64,000 nucleotides of DNA from Dipteris shenzhenensis (GCA_047967505.1 CM106538.1); one strand, 5' to 3'. Positions 41,101-53,300 are shown, counted from the stretch's first letter. Program-made: numbers and translations. Notes: a model not told the origin generated them from the sequence alone.

Positions 41101-41630
41101 GCTAGTAACTCAAAGAAAACATCACCATCATAAGTAGAAGGCAACTCATCCACAGTGACGTGCATTTCAACCTTCTCATAGGCCTTACGCAATCTGTTCT
41201 TTATAGGTAGTTGCATAATAATCTCAATGACACTATGTTGTTTGTCATTCTCAATGTTGCTAGTTGAATCATGTTTCCTTGCCTCATCATTTGTGTTGCA
41301 AACAGAGTAGAAATCTTTTTTGTTTTCGTGCACTAGAGTCTTTTGAAGTTCATTGTCATCAAGCTTGAATCTTTCTCCCTTCACGGTGAAAATATCACCA
41401 AACTGCGCATTAAGGTGAAACATTTTGTATCCATCATCATGGACTTCGTATTGCAACTCCATTGTCAAATCAGACCCATTATCACCAAAGTGCTGATGGA
41501 CAGATATGGACCCAAGTGTGAATTGAAAATGGCTAGCAAGCACCATCTCTGACGACACTCCTCTACCTACGGAAGTGCGAAGAAACATATGCAAAGATCT
41601 ATCCTCATTCTGAATTGTGACAGATTCCAT
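38150..41630 (-). pseudogene. MuDR/MULE transposase (GCM/WRKY-like Zn domain, DDE core, SWIM finger), spliced, disrupted
   Basis: RRKEC.GHL.C...C / C..C...C...HGHHNHP; VLFDFVK (D1), FMADEAQAN (D2), CLFH, TNLAESIH (E, ~39386); PSCNCEDF...CKH SWIM. GT-AG introns near 40490 and 39620. Frameshifts and stops. Confidence 0.88.
39394..39579. repeat. 93-bp tandem duplication spanning a splice acceptor of the transposase
   Basis: agatttgtt..aggtatcaagtac...aaaattacattatt occurs at 39394 and 39487. Confidence 0.9.
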
Positions 41631-42339
41631 AAGAATGGAATGGTTAAGCTGTGCAACTCAATGAGATGAAGTCTAAAGGGTGAGATCAAGAGCAGAGTGT
41701 TCGTTTCAAGAACTCATTTGAAACAAGAGTTTGCCGCAAGAAAAGTTGCTCACAAATGCTTTGCACACACTGCCCATTGTTTATATCACAACTTTGTAAG
41801 ATAGGTCTTGTGAAATTCGGCACAAGTGTGACAATGGTACTGAACCATGATGTAAATTTTAGCCATCATTTGTTAACAACAATAATATAATACCATGGAC
41901 TCTTAGACCTTTTAATCCCCAACCTTTCTTTGACACATATGGGAGTTATTGCAAGCCATTCTCGCTAGCAATGACATTTCATAATTGCTACATATTCATT
42001 TCGACAATTTGATATAAGTATTTTAAAGTTGATAGATAGATATAAATTATAATTGTGGTGAACAAGAAATGGTTGATTAGTAATTTTCAAAAACAATTAT
42101 GAAAAATTATCAACCTCACATAGTAATAATGTTTAATTAAATGATCACTCATCATTGCTGCATTCTCATGAGCAATCGAATTCGTATGATAATCATTATA
42201 AGTCATTGTTCTTATTAACATCATAGTGCGGTAGCATTTCTATTGCTAGTATGTCGTCCTGTCATGGTGAATAAAATAAACGCATTGATTGTATGTCATC
42301 CCATCATGTGTGGTAAGGAGTGCTAGCTAATAAAGAGCC

Positions 42340-42998
42340 CTCATGAAAATGAAAGGCCAATAGACCCCTTTCGTCGACAAAAGGGGTCTATGGGCCTTTC
42401 ATTTTCATGAGAGCCCTTAAGCCCTTAAGAAATATAAAAGCCAATAGACCCCTTTCATCGATGAAAGGGGTCTATTGGCCTTTTAAACCTTCAAGAAATA
42501 TAAAAGCCAAAGCCCTTAAGAAATGCCAATAGACCCCTTTCGTCGACGAAAGGGGTCTATTGGCGTTTTAAGCCCTTAAGAAATATAAAAGCCAAAGCCC
42601 TTAAGAAATATAAAAGCCAATAGACCCCTTTTGTCGACGAAAGGGGTCTATTGGCCTTTCATTTTCTTAATTAAACTCATGAAAATGAAATCCCTTAAGA
42701 AATATAAAGGCCAATAGACCCCTTTCGTCGACGAAAGAGGTCTATTGGCCTTTTAAGCCCTTAAGAAATATAAAAGCCAATAGACCCCTTTCATCAACGA
42801 AAGGGGTCTATTGGCCTTTTAAGCCCTTAAGAAATATAAAAGCCAAAGCCCTTAAGAAATATAAAAGCCAATAGACCCCTTTCGTCGATGAAAGGGGTCT
42901 ATTGGCCTTTCATTTTCTTAATTAAACTCATGAAAATGAAAGGCCAATAGACCCCTTTCATCGACGAAAGAGGTCTAGGGGCCTTTCATTTTCATGAG
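42340..42998. repeat. Array of eight ~40-bp palindromes
   Basis: GCCAATAGACCCCTTTCGTCGACGAAAGGGGTCTATTGGC centred near 42375, 42459, 42544, 42635, 42729, 42795, 42886 and 42962. Spacers are built from aagcccttaagaaatataaaa. Confidence 0.97.
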
Positions 42999-42999
42999 T

Positions 43000-43487
43000 T
43001 CTCCCTCGCTCTACCTCTGTCACCTCGCCGCTCCCTCCGTCCCTTGCTCGCCTCGCCTCCCTCCCGTGTGTTGCCTGCCTCTCGCGCCTCGCTCCCTCGC
43101 TCCTTCCTTCTGGCTCTTTCTCCCTCCCTCCCTCCGTCCCTCGCTCTGCCTCCCTCACCTGACCTCCCTCCCTTGCTCGCTCGCCTCGCCTCCCTCCCGC
43201 GTGCAGCCTCCCTCCCTCGCCTCGCTCCCTTGCTCCTTCCCTCTTGCTCTACCTCCCTCCCTCCCTCCCTCCCTCGCTCTGCCTCCCTCAACTCGCCTCC
43301 CTCCCTCGCTCCCTTCCTCCCTTGCTCGCCTCGCCTGCCTCCCTCCTACGTGTAGCCTCCCTCCCTCACCTCGCTCCCTCGCTCCTTCCCTCTTGCTCTA
43401 CCTCCCTCCCTCGCTCTGCCTTCCTCACCTCGCCTCCCTCCCTCCCTCGCCCGCCTCGCCTCCCTCCTGCATGCAGCCTCCCTCCCA
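43000..43487. repeat. CCTC/CTCGC low-complexity tandem repeats
   Basis: Repeated cctccctcgctc / cctcgcctcc units. A similar tract lies at 44235-44425. Confidence 0.9.
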
Positions 43488-43489
43488 TG

Positions 43490-43915
43490 CAACGGGCCAC
43501 ATTTATACATGTAGAAAAGGGTTCTTCCTTATTATGGGGCCATTTTTTGTTCATGTTGCAATGGTGGGAGTGATGCATCTGTGTATATGAGCTTTGGATG
43601 AAAGACTTGTATCCACACGATTTCATGGAGAGGTAACTATAGATTGTATTGCTGCATTTACACTTATGATTCATGGGATTCCTAGGACATTAGCAGCAAA
43701 CACGAGACCACTACAAGAGTACTTCGAACACCACTACCCTGGCAAAATATATCGTGTTGTTGTGCCCCCAGATCTATCTTCTTTTAGATGTCATGGTTGC
43801 AAGCAGAGCTTTTCGTGTATTACAAAGAGGATGCAAACGGTTTTGTGAATTTGGCAGGGGCACGAAGGAGTAGGTTTGCAGGGTTGAGGGAGGATTGGCA
43901 TTTATGGAAGCTTAT
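43490..43915 (+). pseudogene. Captured fragment of an OSCA4/CSC1-like (At4g35870-type) channel gene
   Basis: HVEKGSSLLWGHFLF (frameshift) ...HLCI*ALDERL..TRF...FTLMIHGIPRTL...LQEYFEHHYPGKIYRVVVP.DL. Matches the TM-RSN1/cytosolic segment of OSCA4-clade proteins as I recall it. Confidence 0.8.
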
Positions 43916-44469
43916 TCTGGAGATGCTGCTGGTTCAACCTTCCAGGGCTGCTGGTATTTGTGATAACCAAGTAAAAATTTCACAATAGAGAATAATTGAA
44001 AAAAGAAGGGGTTGCGAATGTTTTCCAAATTGTACTCTTGATCTAATACAATTTTCATTCTCACGAAAAAAAAGAAAGTAATGTAAAGACAATTTTATGT
44101 TGAGCTCAAAAAAGGCAGTTCTAAGAAAGGCTTTGGAAGGGTGCGTAAATTTGTCACTGGTTTCTTGCCCCTGAAGCCGCTCCCATTTGATCTTCTTGTC
44201 CTACATCAGTCGTGATATGCTACCAACAACCATCTACCTCCCTCCCTCCCTCTCTTTGTCCCTCTGTGTGGCTCCCTCCCTCACTCGCCTCCCTCCCTCC
44301 CTTTGCCTTGTCTCCCTCCCTCGCCTCTGTACCCTCTTTGTGTCCCTCCCTCCCTCGCCTCTGTACCCTCTTTGTATCCCTCCCTCCCTCACCTTGCTCC
44401 TTCTTGCCTTGCCTTGCTTTCTCCATCACGTCGTAAGTTCTTCTCACCGATTTTTGTCACATTGGCACG

Positions 44470-47400
44470 ATGGTAAAAATAAGAACTTCTGAGAGGAGGT
44501 GGAGAGGTGGAAGAGAAGAATGAGGAGGCACGAGAGGTGGAAGGACAAGTAGCAAGAGAAGTTTGCAAGTGGAATCTACACCAAATTTAGAGATTCAAAA
44601 AGAGGTTGAAATTGGAGTTGAAGAGGATAAGGAGATTGAAGACTTTGAAGACACTACTATAATTGTGGAGGAATCTTCTAAGAAGAGAAAGAAAGAGGAT
44701 AAACAACTGGATGAGGAGTTTGAGTAAGAGTTTCCTGCTGCGCTTGATATTGGTCAGGGGAAGGATGTTATTGAATCTCTTGCAATCAATCCTGGAAAGA
44801 TTGCTCCCTTTATCCCTTTATGTCATTGTGTTGTAAACACAAGAGTGAGAGGCCTACGAATTGATATGGATAGCCTAAAGCAAGCTCTAGAGGTAGAAAA
44901 ATATATTCAACAGAAAGGAATGTCTATTTTATCTACAACACTTCCGGATAGTGTTTCACAAGAGGTGACAGATGAAATTGAACAATCATGGGATTCTTGA
45001 TGGAGGGATGTAAATGCAGAATTTGAGGCATAGATTTTTGATGATGATGAATGGTCATTTTTGTCTCGAAAGATGTTTTTTATGTGGGAGGGGAACCACT
45101 GTACTGTTGCATGGATGTCTCTAATTGAAGAGAAATTCAAGACATCAAAGGCATGGCATATTCAAGTTTTAGCAAGTTTTATTACTCTAGAGAAAGAAAC
45201 AAAAATGAAGCTAATAGCTGCTCTTCAAAGGTTCAATCTGTAAGTGCGAGTTCTTGCTTATATGTGTTACCTTTTTTTGAGCTTTTAAGGGTTTTGTGAA
45301 CAATTCTTAATATGTTTGAAGCTATGTATTTTTTATTTTTCAGCCTTAATGAAACAACAATTATTAAAACAAATCTCAAGGATTATTTGTACAACACAAA
45401 GACAATGTGTTCGTGTGATGAGAATGAGTACTTATCACTATTTTTTGAGGAAGAAAAAAAGACACTTGAAAAGCATAGGGCAAATGAGAGCAGTAAAGGA
45501 TCAAGTACTTGGTATCCTTTGACATCTCTGATGCTAGGGAGAATGGTATTTGCAGTAAGTTTCATACCATTTGTCATGGATGTCTTTTGAATTATATCCA
45601 ACTAATTCATTGTACTCATTCATTTTTTTGGAATATATTTTAGCCACTATACAGCCAACTTTGAGCGTCGTTGATATGGAGAAAGCACTTAAAAGTATTC
45701 GAAAGGATGTGAATCTCAAGTATGGTCAAAAAATGATCAAGGTATGGTTAATTTAATGATTCTTAACATAAAGTTGACTTTTTAAAGTGTTCAAGTGTTT
45801 TTTGAGATTGGTCATATGATGTTTGTTTACAAAATGATCAAGGTATGGGATATGCATGTATTGTATGATCAAAAAATACAATTGAGTGTGACAATTGCAT
45901 GTATTGTTTATATGTAGATTCTGTCTATTGTCAAACCAACAAATGGTGAAGATTGGTTTAATATCGTGTGGAGCCTCCCATTTGATGATAAATCATCCAC
46001 TGTCACATTGGAAAAGTTGTATAACATCTCCATTGCAAAAGTCTCAAAGGAGACACAACTAACAACCCTCAGAATCTTAGGGTCCGATTCAAATTTGAGA
46101 ATAAGTTATGGGATGCCAAAAGCTGATAGAGAATTCATAAAGTGGATGGCAAAAGAGGCATGGATGGATCAATTGCTTTGTGAATCTGAGAGGTTACTCT
46201 CTCAGGTCTTGGTTGCTAGTCAACAAGCTAGCTTTGTGCTTCCTCAAGATCCTACGTTGAGAGAGTATTTTGGGGAAATACAAGCAATGAACAGACTTGA
46301 ACTTTATGAAGATTTAAAGGATTCAATGACTATTGCTACAGCTGCAACAGGACAAATGGAGATGACGAGGGCATCTCGACGATTGGTATTTAGGTAAACA
46401 ATACATGTTTTTTCCTTTTCAATTAAAAATCCATCCTTAAGTATTTCACTTTTGTACTAAGACTCTTATTGTATGCAGATTCTTCCAATCCTTAAAAGCT
46501 ATTGGTAAAATTGAAAAATTGTTGCCCATATGTCGAGTATGGACAAAAATTCGGGACTTAAAATTCTATATGTACTCTCCAAACATGATAGAAAAAGAAG
46601 GGAAGCGAGTGCTCTCTGAGTGGGAGAGAAAGAACTGCCCGTGGTGGCTCAATATGAAAAAAGGATGTTGCATCGAGGAGGAGGTAGAGCTATACACACA
46701 GCATAAAAAGGGAGAGATGGGTTCATCAAGCTCAAATTCAATCCATGAGGATGATGCAGTCATTGAGGTTCAAAAAACACTTGAGAAGATGACTAAAAAG
46801 GACAAAGATTCAAGTATAGAACTAAAGAAGGGTGGTAGGCCACCAAAAAATCCTGGTACTAATAATAATTTCTCTTGATCTTTTTTCAAGCTGTTATTTG
46901 TTTGTCTAACATATGTTGTTATCACTTTATATTTACATATGTGGTGTGGGTACAGATGTGCAGGTACTCCAGTCTACACCCATTTTGAAAGGATGTAAAT
47001 GGAAAGATAGGTCTATCCACTTTTTGTGCATTCCATTGACCTCTCTAACTTTGAATCATAGTGGCACATGTGATGCTTCACATTGCAAGGTTTGGTGCTA
47101 TGATTATGTCGAGTTTGGGAAGCAATTGTCTATCTCAAACTTCACACAAGCCTATATAGACATGAAGGAATACTTTGTGGGTCTTGGAGGTGAAAGAAAA
47201 AGAAGAAATGGTAAGAGTGTTGCTTGGGCTGCAGATTTTGTCATTATTGATCTACCTACACAACTAGAAGCTCTTGGAGTAGAGGATTCCACATCTCCAT
47301 CTTGGAATTTATTAGCAGAGGACCATGTACGCTACTCCTTGCTAGTAGCAGCCACAGTTGTTTCAGATTCTGGCTAGATCCTAGTTATGTGTGCTCCTCA

Positions 47401-48079
47401 TGTTCTTCATTTGGTTGAGCGTTATGCTAGGATCAGTCGATTGGAGTTTGCATGTCGAATGTACATGCAATGCTTGGATGCATATTGTACAATCAAAGTT
47501 GGTGGTATTGATCATAAGGTGAGACAATTGTCATACAATGAACTGTTGAAAGAATTTATGCTCTTGTATAATGAAATGGCTTATACTAAGTATACGTTTA
47601 ATTCTTTTCTTGTCTTTAGGTGGATGTTAGTGGTTTTATGCCTTCTTCATTGGGCTAGTATGTCTTGTGTTTGTAATCCTGGAAATGCTTCCGTGGTTGG
47701 TACCAAATTGGGCATTGCTTTTGGAAGTAGTTTGTTTCATCATTATTTACCAAGTGAGCAGACTATAAAACATGGAGAGAGTATTCCATGGAGAGGTGCA
47801 TTGGAGAAGGCTCCATGCATGATGTTGTACTTCTTGGAGTTCTCGTGTCCAATTTCAAGACATGTGGTGGACTTAGGTGTTGGGACTGGTTCTATGCAAA
47901 AAGCATGCGTGCATTTTGGGATAGCATGCTTGTCTATTGAGAATGATCCGGACATTTGCAATTCTATATTGCAACCATTTTTGGATGGACAGAAAGGAAA
48001 GGGAAATGTGTTAAGCAACTATGGGACTCTAAATGATTCCGAAGATGTGGAAATGGTTGTTAATCTTCCAGACGACTAG
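44470..48079 (+). pseudogene. Spliced gene: ParB-like N-terminal domain + beta-class DNA N4-cytosine/N6-adenine methyltransferase
   Basis: Exon 1 (44470-45239) reads IPL...VR.L...LK...Y...FFMWEGNHC.VAW (ParB GxxR box, R>C by CGT>TGT). Further GT-AG exons start ~45344, ~45643, 45918, 46479, 46956 and 47620. C-terminus has ADFVIIDLPT (motif IV), then WRGALEKAP (motif X) and VVDLGVGTGS...AC..G..CLSIEND (motifs I-II). Several premature stops. Confidence 0.8.
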
Positions 48080-48598
48080 TAAGTATGTTACTCTCGTGTT
48101 TTATCTTTTTAAACCTATTTGTTGGAGAATATTATTATCAATGAGGCATTGATATTGATTGATCTATTTTAGCTTTTTGCCTTCTTATGCAGGTGCTATG
48201 GCTGAGATGATGTGTAATGACATTGCACTCAATGCCCCCATCAAAGAGAGAAGGCATCATCGCAGTATCTATGTGGATGACATCAATAAAGAAGATTGAG
48301 TCTAGTGATTTGACATGAGTTTTTCCCTTCAAGCAATTCATTTTGCTTGTGATGCCCTAGTATTGAACATGCATAACTTTTGTGGTGTCTTGCACCTATT
48401 TCATTTGCTAGAGATGTAGTAATCATATTGAAGAACTATTAGTACATCATGTGAGTACCCACCATGAATATTAATCTCAATATCGCATATTCAATTTTGA
48501 GCATGTTGGTTTCATAAAACTTTTTCTATTTGCTAGAGATGTGACAATCATGTCATATCTTAGTTACGGTTTGCATGTCAAAACTATGAGTTGTGTAC

Positions 48599-49589
48599 TT
48601 TTAGCCGGAAAAGAAACCGAGACCAAAGGCTAGAGACTAAGTATGGCGACGCTCAAAGGCCATAGAGAAAAGGAGATCACGAGGGCGAAGGGATGTCATA
48701 GGGGTGAATAAGGAATTAGAAATGGAGGGAAGGAAAAGGGAGACTATGACACAAGGGGAAAGGGAGAGTGGGAAGAGAAGCAAGTACATGATAGGAAGAG
48801 GAATGTTGAGATGTAGACATCAAGGGAAGTGAACCATACTTTATTGGAAAGAAGGGATGAGAGGGAAATATCAAAATACTAGCTAGGTGGCTTTACAAGA
48901 ATGAGCGTGTCCCATCAAGGAATTGCCCCTTCCTTTTATAGCCAAAAGAGGGGGTCTCTCCACATTAATGTATCCTCCCACATGCATGGCGTGTGTGGAA
49001 AAGTTTTCCATGTGGGCTAGGTGGGTACGCACTCGCAATTGTATGCGACAACCCTTTGCCTCAATTTTCCACATAAATCAAGCCCCATATCTCAAGTCTA
49101 TGATACTCCCTTGGCCTCTTTCCAATTTTATAATAGGTTCAAACCTCTAGGAGGACAAGTGGAGGGTTGGCACAAGGAATCTTGCCACCTCATCCTACTT
49201 TCCCCATTATTTAACTAGCTCTCTTTGTCCTTCTATACCTCCCCCACATGGGCCTATCCCATATGGAGGGAATAACTCAATATAATAGCCATCTCCACCC
49301 ATTTTATATTGCTTCTCCCATGGACTTTGAGCCATATCTCAATTATTGCATCCTAGGTGGAGGGGTGGCACATGGAGGAGCCATGCCACCTTGCATTTTA
49401 TAATATTCCTATTATGGATTATGTACTACACACCTTATGGGTCCTCTTACATGGAAGGGTGGCACATGGTCATGCCCTGCCACCTCAACCTTGGGCCCTA
49501 TGCACACCATATTTGATTATACTATTGCCACATATACAAACACACATACATATTAATGCCTTTTTCCTTAGACAATTTTATCCATAACA
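48599..49589 (-). repeat. 3' LTR
   Basis: Near-identical to 56437-57427. Preceded on the minus strand by PPT GGGGGGGGGAAC (49590-49601). Confidence 0.97.
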
Positions 49590-50870
49590 GTTCCCCCCCC
49601 CAGGCAGGGAATGCACCGCATTTCCATGCCTGGGACCATCACGCACAAAGAAAGGCTTGAGGTAGCGCTTGTTGATCACCTTCTTGCCATATGGTTCATG
49701 CAGCTCCTGAACTTGTACAGACCCATTGCTACGTTCTTTGATGACTTTGTATGGACCAGCCCACAGTGGCAGAAACTTCTTATCCATTTGGTGGTCCAAT
49801 CTGTTATCAAAGCATAGCACAACATCCCCCTCAGCAAAGTGTCTTACCCATCCCTTGCGAATCTTAGCATCCAATCGGGCCTTTTGTCGATTCTTTTGGA
49901 TCTCTGTTTGATGTAGTGCAAGGCGTCGGGTCTCATCTAACTTCTCAAGTTGTACCAATCTGGCCTCTACATGTTCATCTTCTGTCATCCTCTGTTCCTG
50001 TGCCAATCTCAAGGCCGGAATCTCTATCTCAAGTGGTAAAACTGCCTCAGTACCATACACCAACTCAAAAGGGGTGTGACCTGTAGATGTTTTATGAGTG
50101 ATGTTGTAAGCCCACACTGCTTCAGTGACCTTCTGATCCCATTGACTCCTATTCCCTGCGGCCATTTTTCCTATGATTTTACAGAGGAGGCCATTGGTCC
50201 GCTCTGTTTGACCCATGGATGCTGGATAATAGATGCTAGAAGTGTGATGATCAATGCCCATGCGATCCATGAGTAACTCCACTGCTTCATTTAAGAATGG
50301 ACTCCCATGGTCAGAGACTATCTCCATGGGTGTCCCAAACCTTGTGCAGATACGTTCAAATATGAAACTTGAAGCTGCCTTGCCATTTGCAGCAGAGAGA
50401 GCGATAGCTTCAGCCCACTTAGTGACATACTGAGTGGCTACCAAAAGATACTTCTTTTTGCGGGCAGTCATGGGCAAGGGCCCGACAAAATCTATTCCCC
50501 ACTTCTGAAACGGATGGATGGACATCACTGGGTGATGTTGCCCGGGATGCAAATCCTTCCTACCGAAGAATTGACATGGTTCACAGGTTTTGCAATACAA
50601 AGTGACATCCTTGAACAATGTCGGCCAATAGTATCCAGCATGTAAAATCTTCTTAGCTGTATAGTCACTGGCATAGTGGCCTCCACAAAACCCATCATGA
50701 TAATGCTTCAATACCTTAGGCACTTCATCTGCATCAATGGCTCGTCTGAGTACCCCATCCATGCCTTGACGGTACAACACCCCATCAAGGAGGGTGTAGC
50801 GCCTACTATCTCTGTGGATCTTCTTTCTCTCATAGCTTGTACTTTCTGAAGGAAAGGAGAAAGCGGTCAA
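49578..50870 (-). CDS. Gypsy integrase
   Basis: H..GGH...C..C Zn finger, WGIDFVGP, IVSDHG, GQTERTN, WAGPY. No chromodomain. Confidence 0.95.
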   Translation of the reverse strand: MTAFSFPSESTSYERKKIHRDSRRYTLLDGVLYRQGMDGVLRRAIDADEVPKVLKHYHDGFCGGHYASDYTAKKILHAGYYWPTLFKDVTLYCKTCEPCQFFGRKDLHPGQHHPVMSIHPFQKWGIDFVGPLPMTARKKKYLLVATQYVTKWAEAIALSAANGKAASSFIFERICTRFGTPMEIVSDHGSPFLNEAVELLMDRMGIDHHTSSIYYPASMGQTERTNGLLCKIIGKMAAGNRSQWDQKVTEAVWAYNITHKTSTGHTPFELVYGTEAVLPLEIEIPALRLAQEQRMTEDEHVEARLVQLEKLDETRRLALHQTEIQKNRQKARLDAKIRKGWVRHFAEGDVVLCFDNRLDHQMDKKFLPLWAGPYKVIKERSNGSVQVQELHEPYGKKVINKRYLKPFFVRDGPRHGNAVHSLPGGGNCYG

Positions 50871-50949
50871 AAACTTATATATACCACCATACCAAGGATC
50901 CCCAACTTATATGGCTGCTACCAGGGTAACATCAAGGCACTCCTCTAAA

Positions 50950-53300
50950 TCAATCAAAGCATTCTTCAAGTTGGAACAACCCCCTTTTACAATTTTGAAA
51001 GAAAAATCATATTCTTGAAGAACTGCCAACCATTTGGCCAACCGGCCCATGGGATTTGGTGATTGAAGAACCTACTTTGCAAGACCAGTGTCAGTGAGTA
51101 TAAAGAAGGACTGTCCAGCCACATAATGCTTAAATTTCTCAATGCAAAACACCAAAGACAAGGCATGCTTGTCGGCCTCTGAATAGCATCGCTCAGTGTC
51201 GAGCAATTGTCGAGAAGCCAATCGAACGGGATACATGAACCGATCCTCCCCTTGCTGGAGAAGAATACCTGCCAGAGTGTGCTCTCCAAACCCAGGATTG
51301 ATATAGAAGGTCTTTGACGAGTCTGGATTGCGTAGAATGGGTTCTGAAGCCAGAGCATTCTTGATTTATGCAAACCCATGATCACAATCCTCATTCCAAG
51401 AGAAATCAACCCCATCTTTTAATAGCATAGTCATGGGCCGTTTCAAAGCAGCATACTGATCAATGAAGCGGCGATAGTATCCTGCTAGATTGACAAATGA
51501 GCGTACCTGACATTTGGTTGTAGGTGGGGAGAGCTTGAGGATGGCTTCTACCTTCTCGGGGTCAGGCTTGATGCCCTCGGATGAGACAACATGTCCCAAT
51601 AACCTCCCTTGAGTGGCTCCAATGGTGCATTTCTCAGGGTTGAGACTGCCATTTGCATCATTGACCCTTTGGAAGGCCAATCTAACCTTCATGATGTGCT
51701 CCTTACGTGATGAGAATATATAGAAATCATCTAAAAATACCCCCAAGAAATCCCCCAAATAAGGAGCAAACACCATCTGCATGAATCTTTGAAAGGTGGC
51801 AGGAGCATTGGTGAGGCCAAATGGCATTACTTTGAATGCAAATGTCCCCCAGGGTGTGGCAAATGTGGTTTTAAGCACATCTTCCTCGGCAATTCTGATT
51901 TGATAAAACCCAGAGTAACCATCACAGAAAGTATACATCTCATGTCCACTTACCTTCTCAAGAATGAGGTCTTGAAAGGGTAGAGGATGATGATCCCTCT
52001 TGGTGGTAGCATTGAGCTTCTTATAGTCGATGCAGACCCGCCACTTGTTGTTTTTCTTTGGGATGACTACCACTGGTGAAACCCATTCACTATTGTGAAC
52101 CGGAACAATAAACCCAGCCTCTACAAGCTTCTGCAACTCTGAGCGCAAAGCGTCGGTCTGTAGGGGCCCTAATCTCCGATACTTCTGAGCCACAGGCTTT
52201 GCATCAGGCTTCAGCTCTATCTTGTGCTCTATGGCAGTCACATGGCGAAGGTGGTGGTAGCTAGTTGCAAAGAGGTCAGGGAAATCTTTGAACATTTCAA
52301 GAAACTCATCTTTCTCACCTGGAGTGAGGTCTAGAGAAAGCATTGATTCGAGCTGTTGAGGACTAGCTGTTATCTTTTCAGCAGGTGGCAGGGTTGGAGA
52401 CACCCCCATCATGTAAACTTCCTCCTCTGAGAATTCCTCCCCCCCGTCTGATTCTTCCATGGACTCAGACACTGAAGATGAGAGAGTATCATTGTCATGC
52501 TCCTCTTCTTCTTCCGGTTCCATGGCACCAGGTTGCACAGGGATTTTCTCCTTGGAAGCACCAAAAGACATGTGTCCTGTCTTCCAATAGCTGACTGCAT
52601 CACTTTTTCTCAACCATGGTCTCCCGAGTATGGCAGGGTAACTTCTGCCTGTATCTTCAATGTCCACTACATAGAAATTGACAGTGGTGGTCAGCCTGTT
52701 GACAGTGATGGGCAAATCCTCAATGACTCCCATGGTGGCGAGTCGTCGACCATCTGCTACCTTGATTCCAGTGGAGGAACGCCTTGTACATTTTAAATTC
52801 AATTTCTTCATGATGCGGGGCACCATGATATTACATGCAGCTCCCCCATCAACACACACATTTTTGACACGGCAATTATCTATGATGACATCTACTGTGT
52901 GTGGGTGCCGATCAATTTCTTCAGAGATAGAAGATACCTCTCGTACCTTTCCCTTTTTCTTGCTCTTCCTTGTTGAGAGACCTTGCTGCAGCTCACGTCT
53001 CACCTTAGGGCTTAATGCTATTAGTTGCGGGAGTGTGATGCTCAAAGAACGATGAGCAAGGTCTTGAACGATCGAATAGTCCTCTTGCCCTGAGCCGATG
53101 GGAAAATCCGAGGGTGACCACTTACTCCTGCGAGATCTTTTAGTCTTCTCTGTTGGTGGGTCTGCCATCTCAGCATCTGAGGGCTCTGAGAAGGACACCT
53201 TCTTCTTGGGGTGGCCCGGTTGGAGAGGGGTCCGAAGTAGCACGAGTTCTTTTCCCGAGATCAAGGATCTCCACATCAGAATCCTCAGTGCCCGACTCAC
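50950..53300 (-). pseudogene. Gypsy protease-RT-RNase H (stop at 51366, internal deletion after RH)
   Basis: VDGGAACNIM, ILGRPWL, RVCIDYKKLN, MPFGLTNAP, FLDDF. RNase H continues past the in-frame stop. Confidence 0.93.

Noticed and set aside
42340-42998. CRISPR array
   Set aside because: The spacers are themselves repeated, not unique; there are no cas genes; and the context is eukaryotic.
42958-43590. Long Pro/Ser/Arg-rich ORFs on both strands
   Set aside because: By-products of CCTC low-complexity DNA. Only the 3' end overlapping the OSCA fragment is meaningful.
44470-48079. Bacterial contamination as the source of the methyltransferase
   Set aside because: The gene has phase-consistent GT-AG introns and is embedded among plant TEs.
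48883-49587. ORFs duplicated at 56721-57425
   Set aside because: Incidental frames within the two LTRs.
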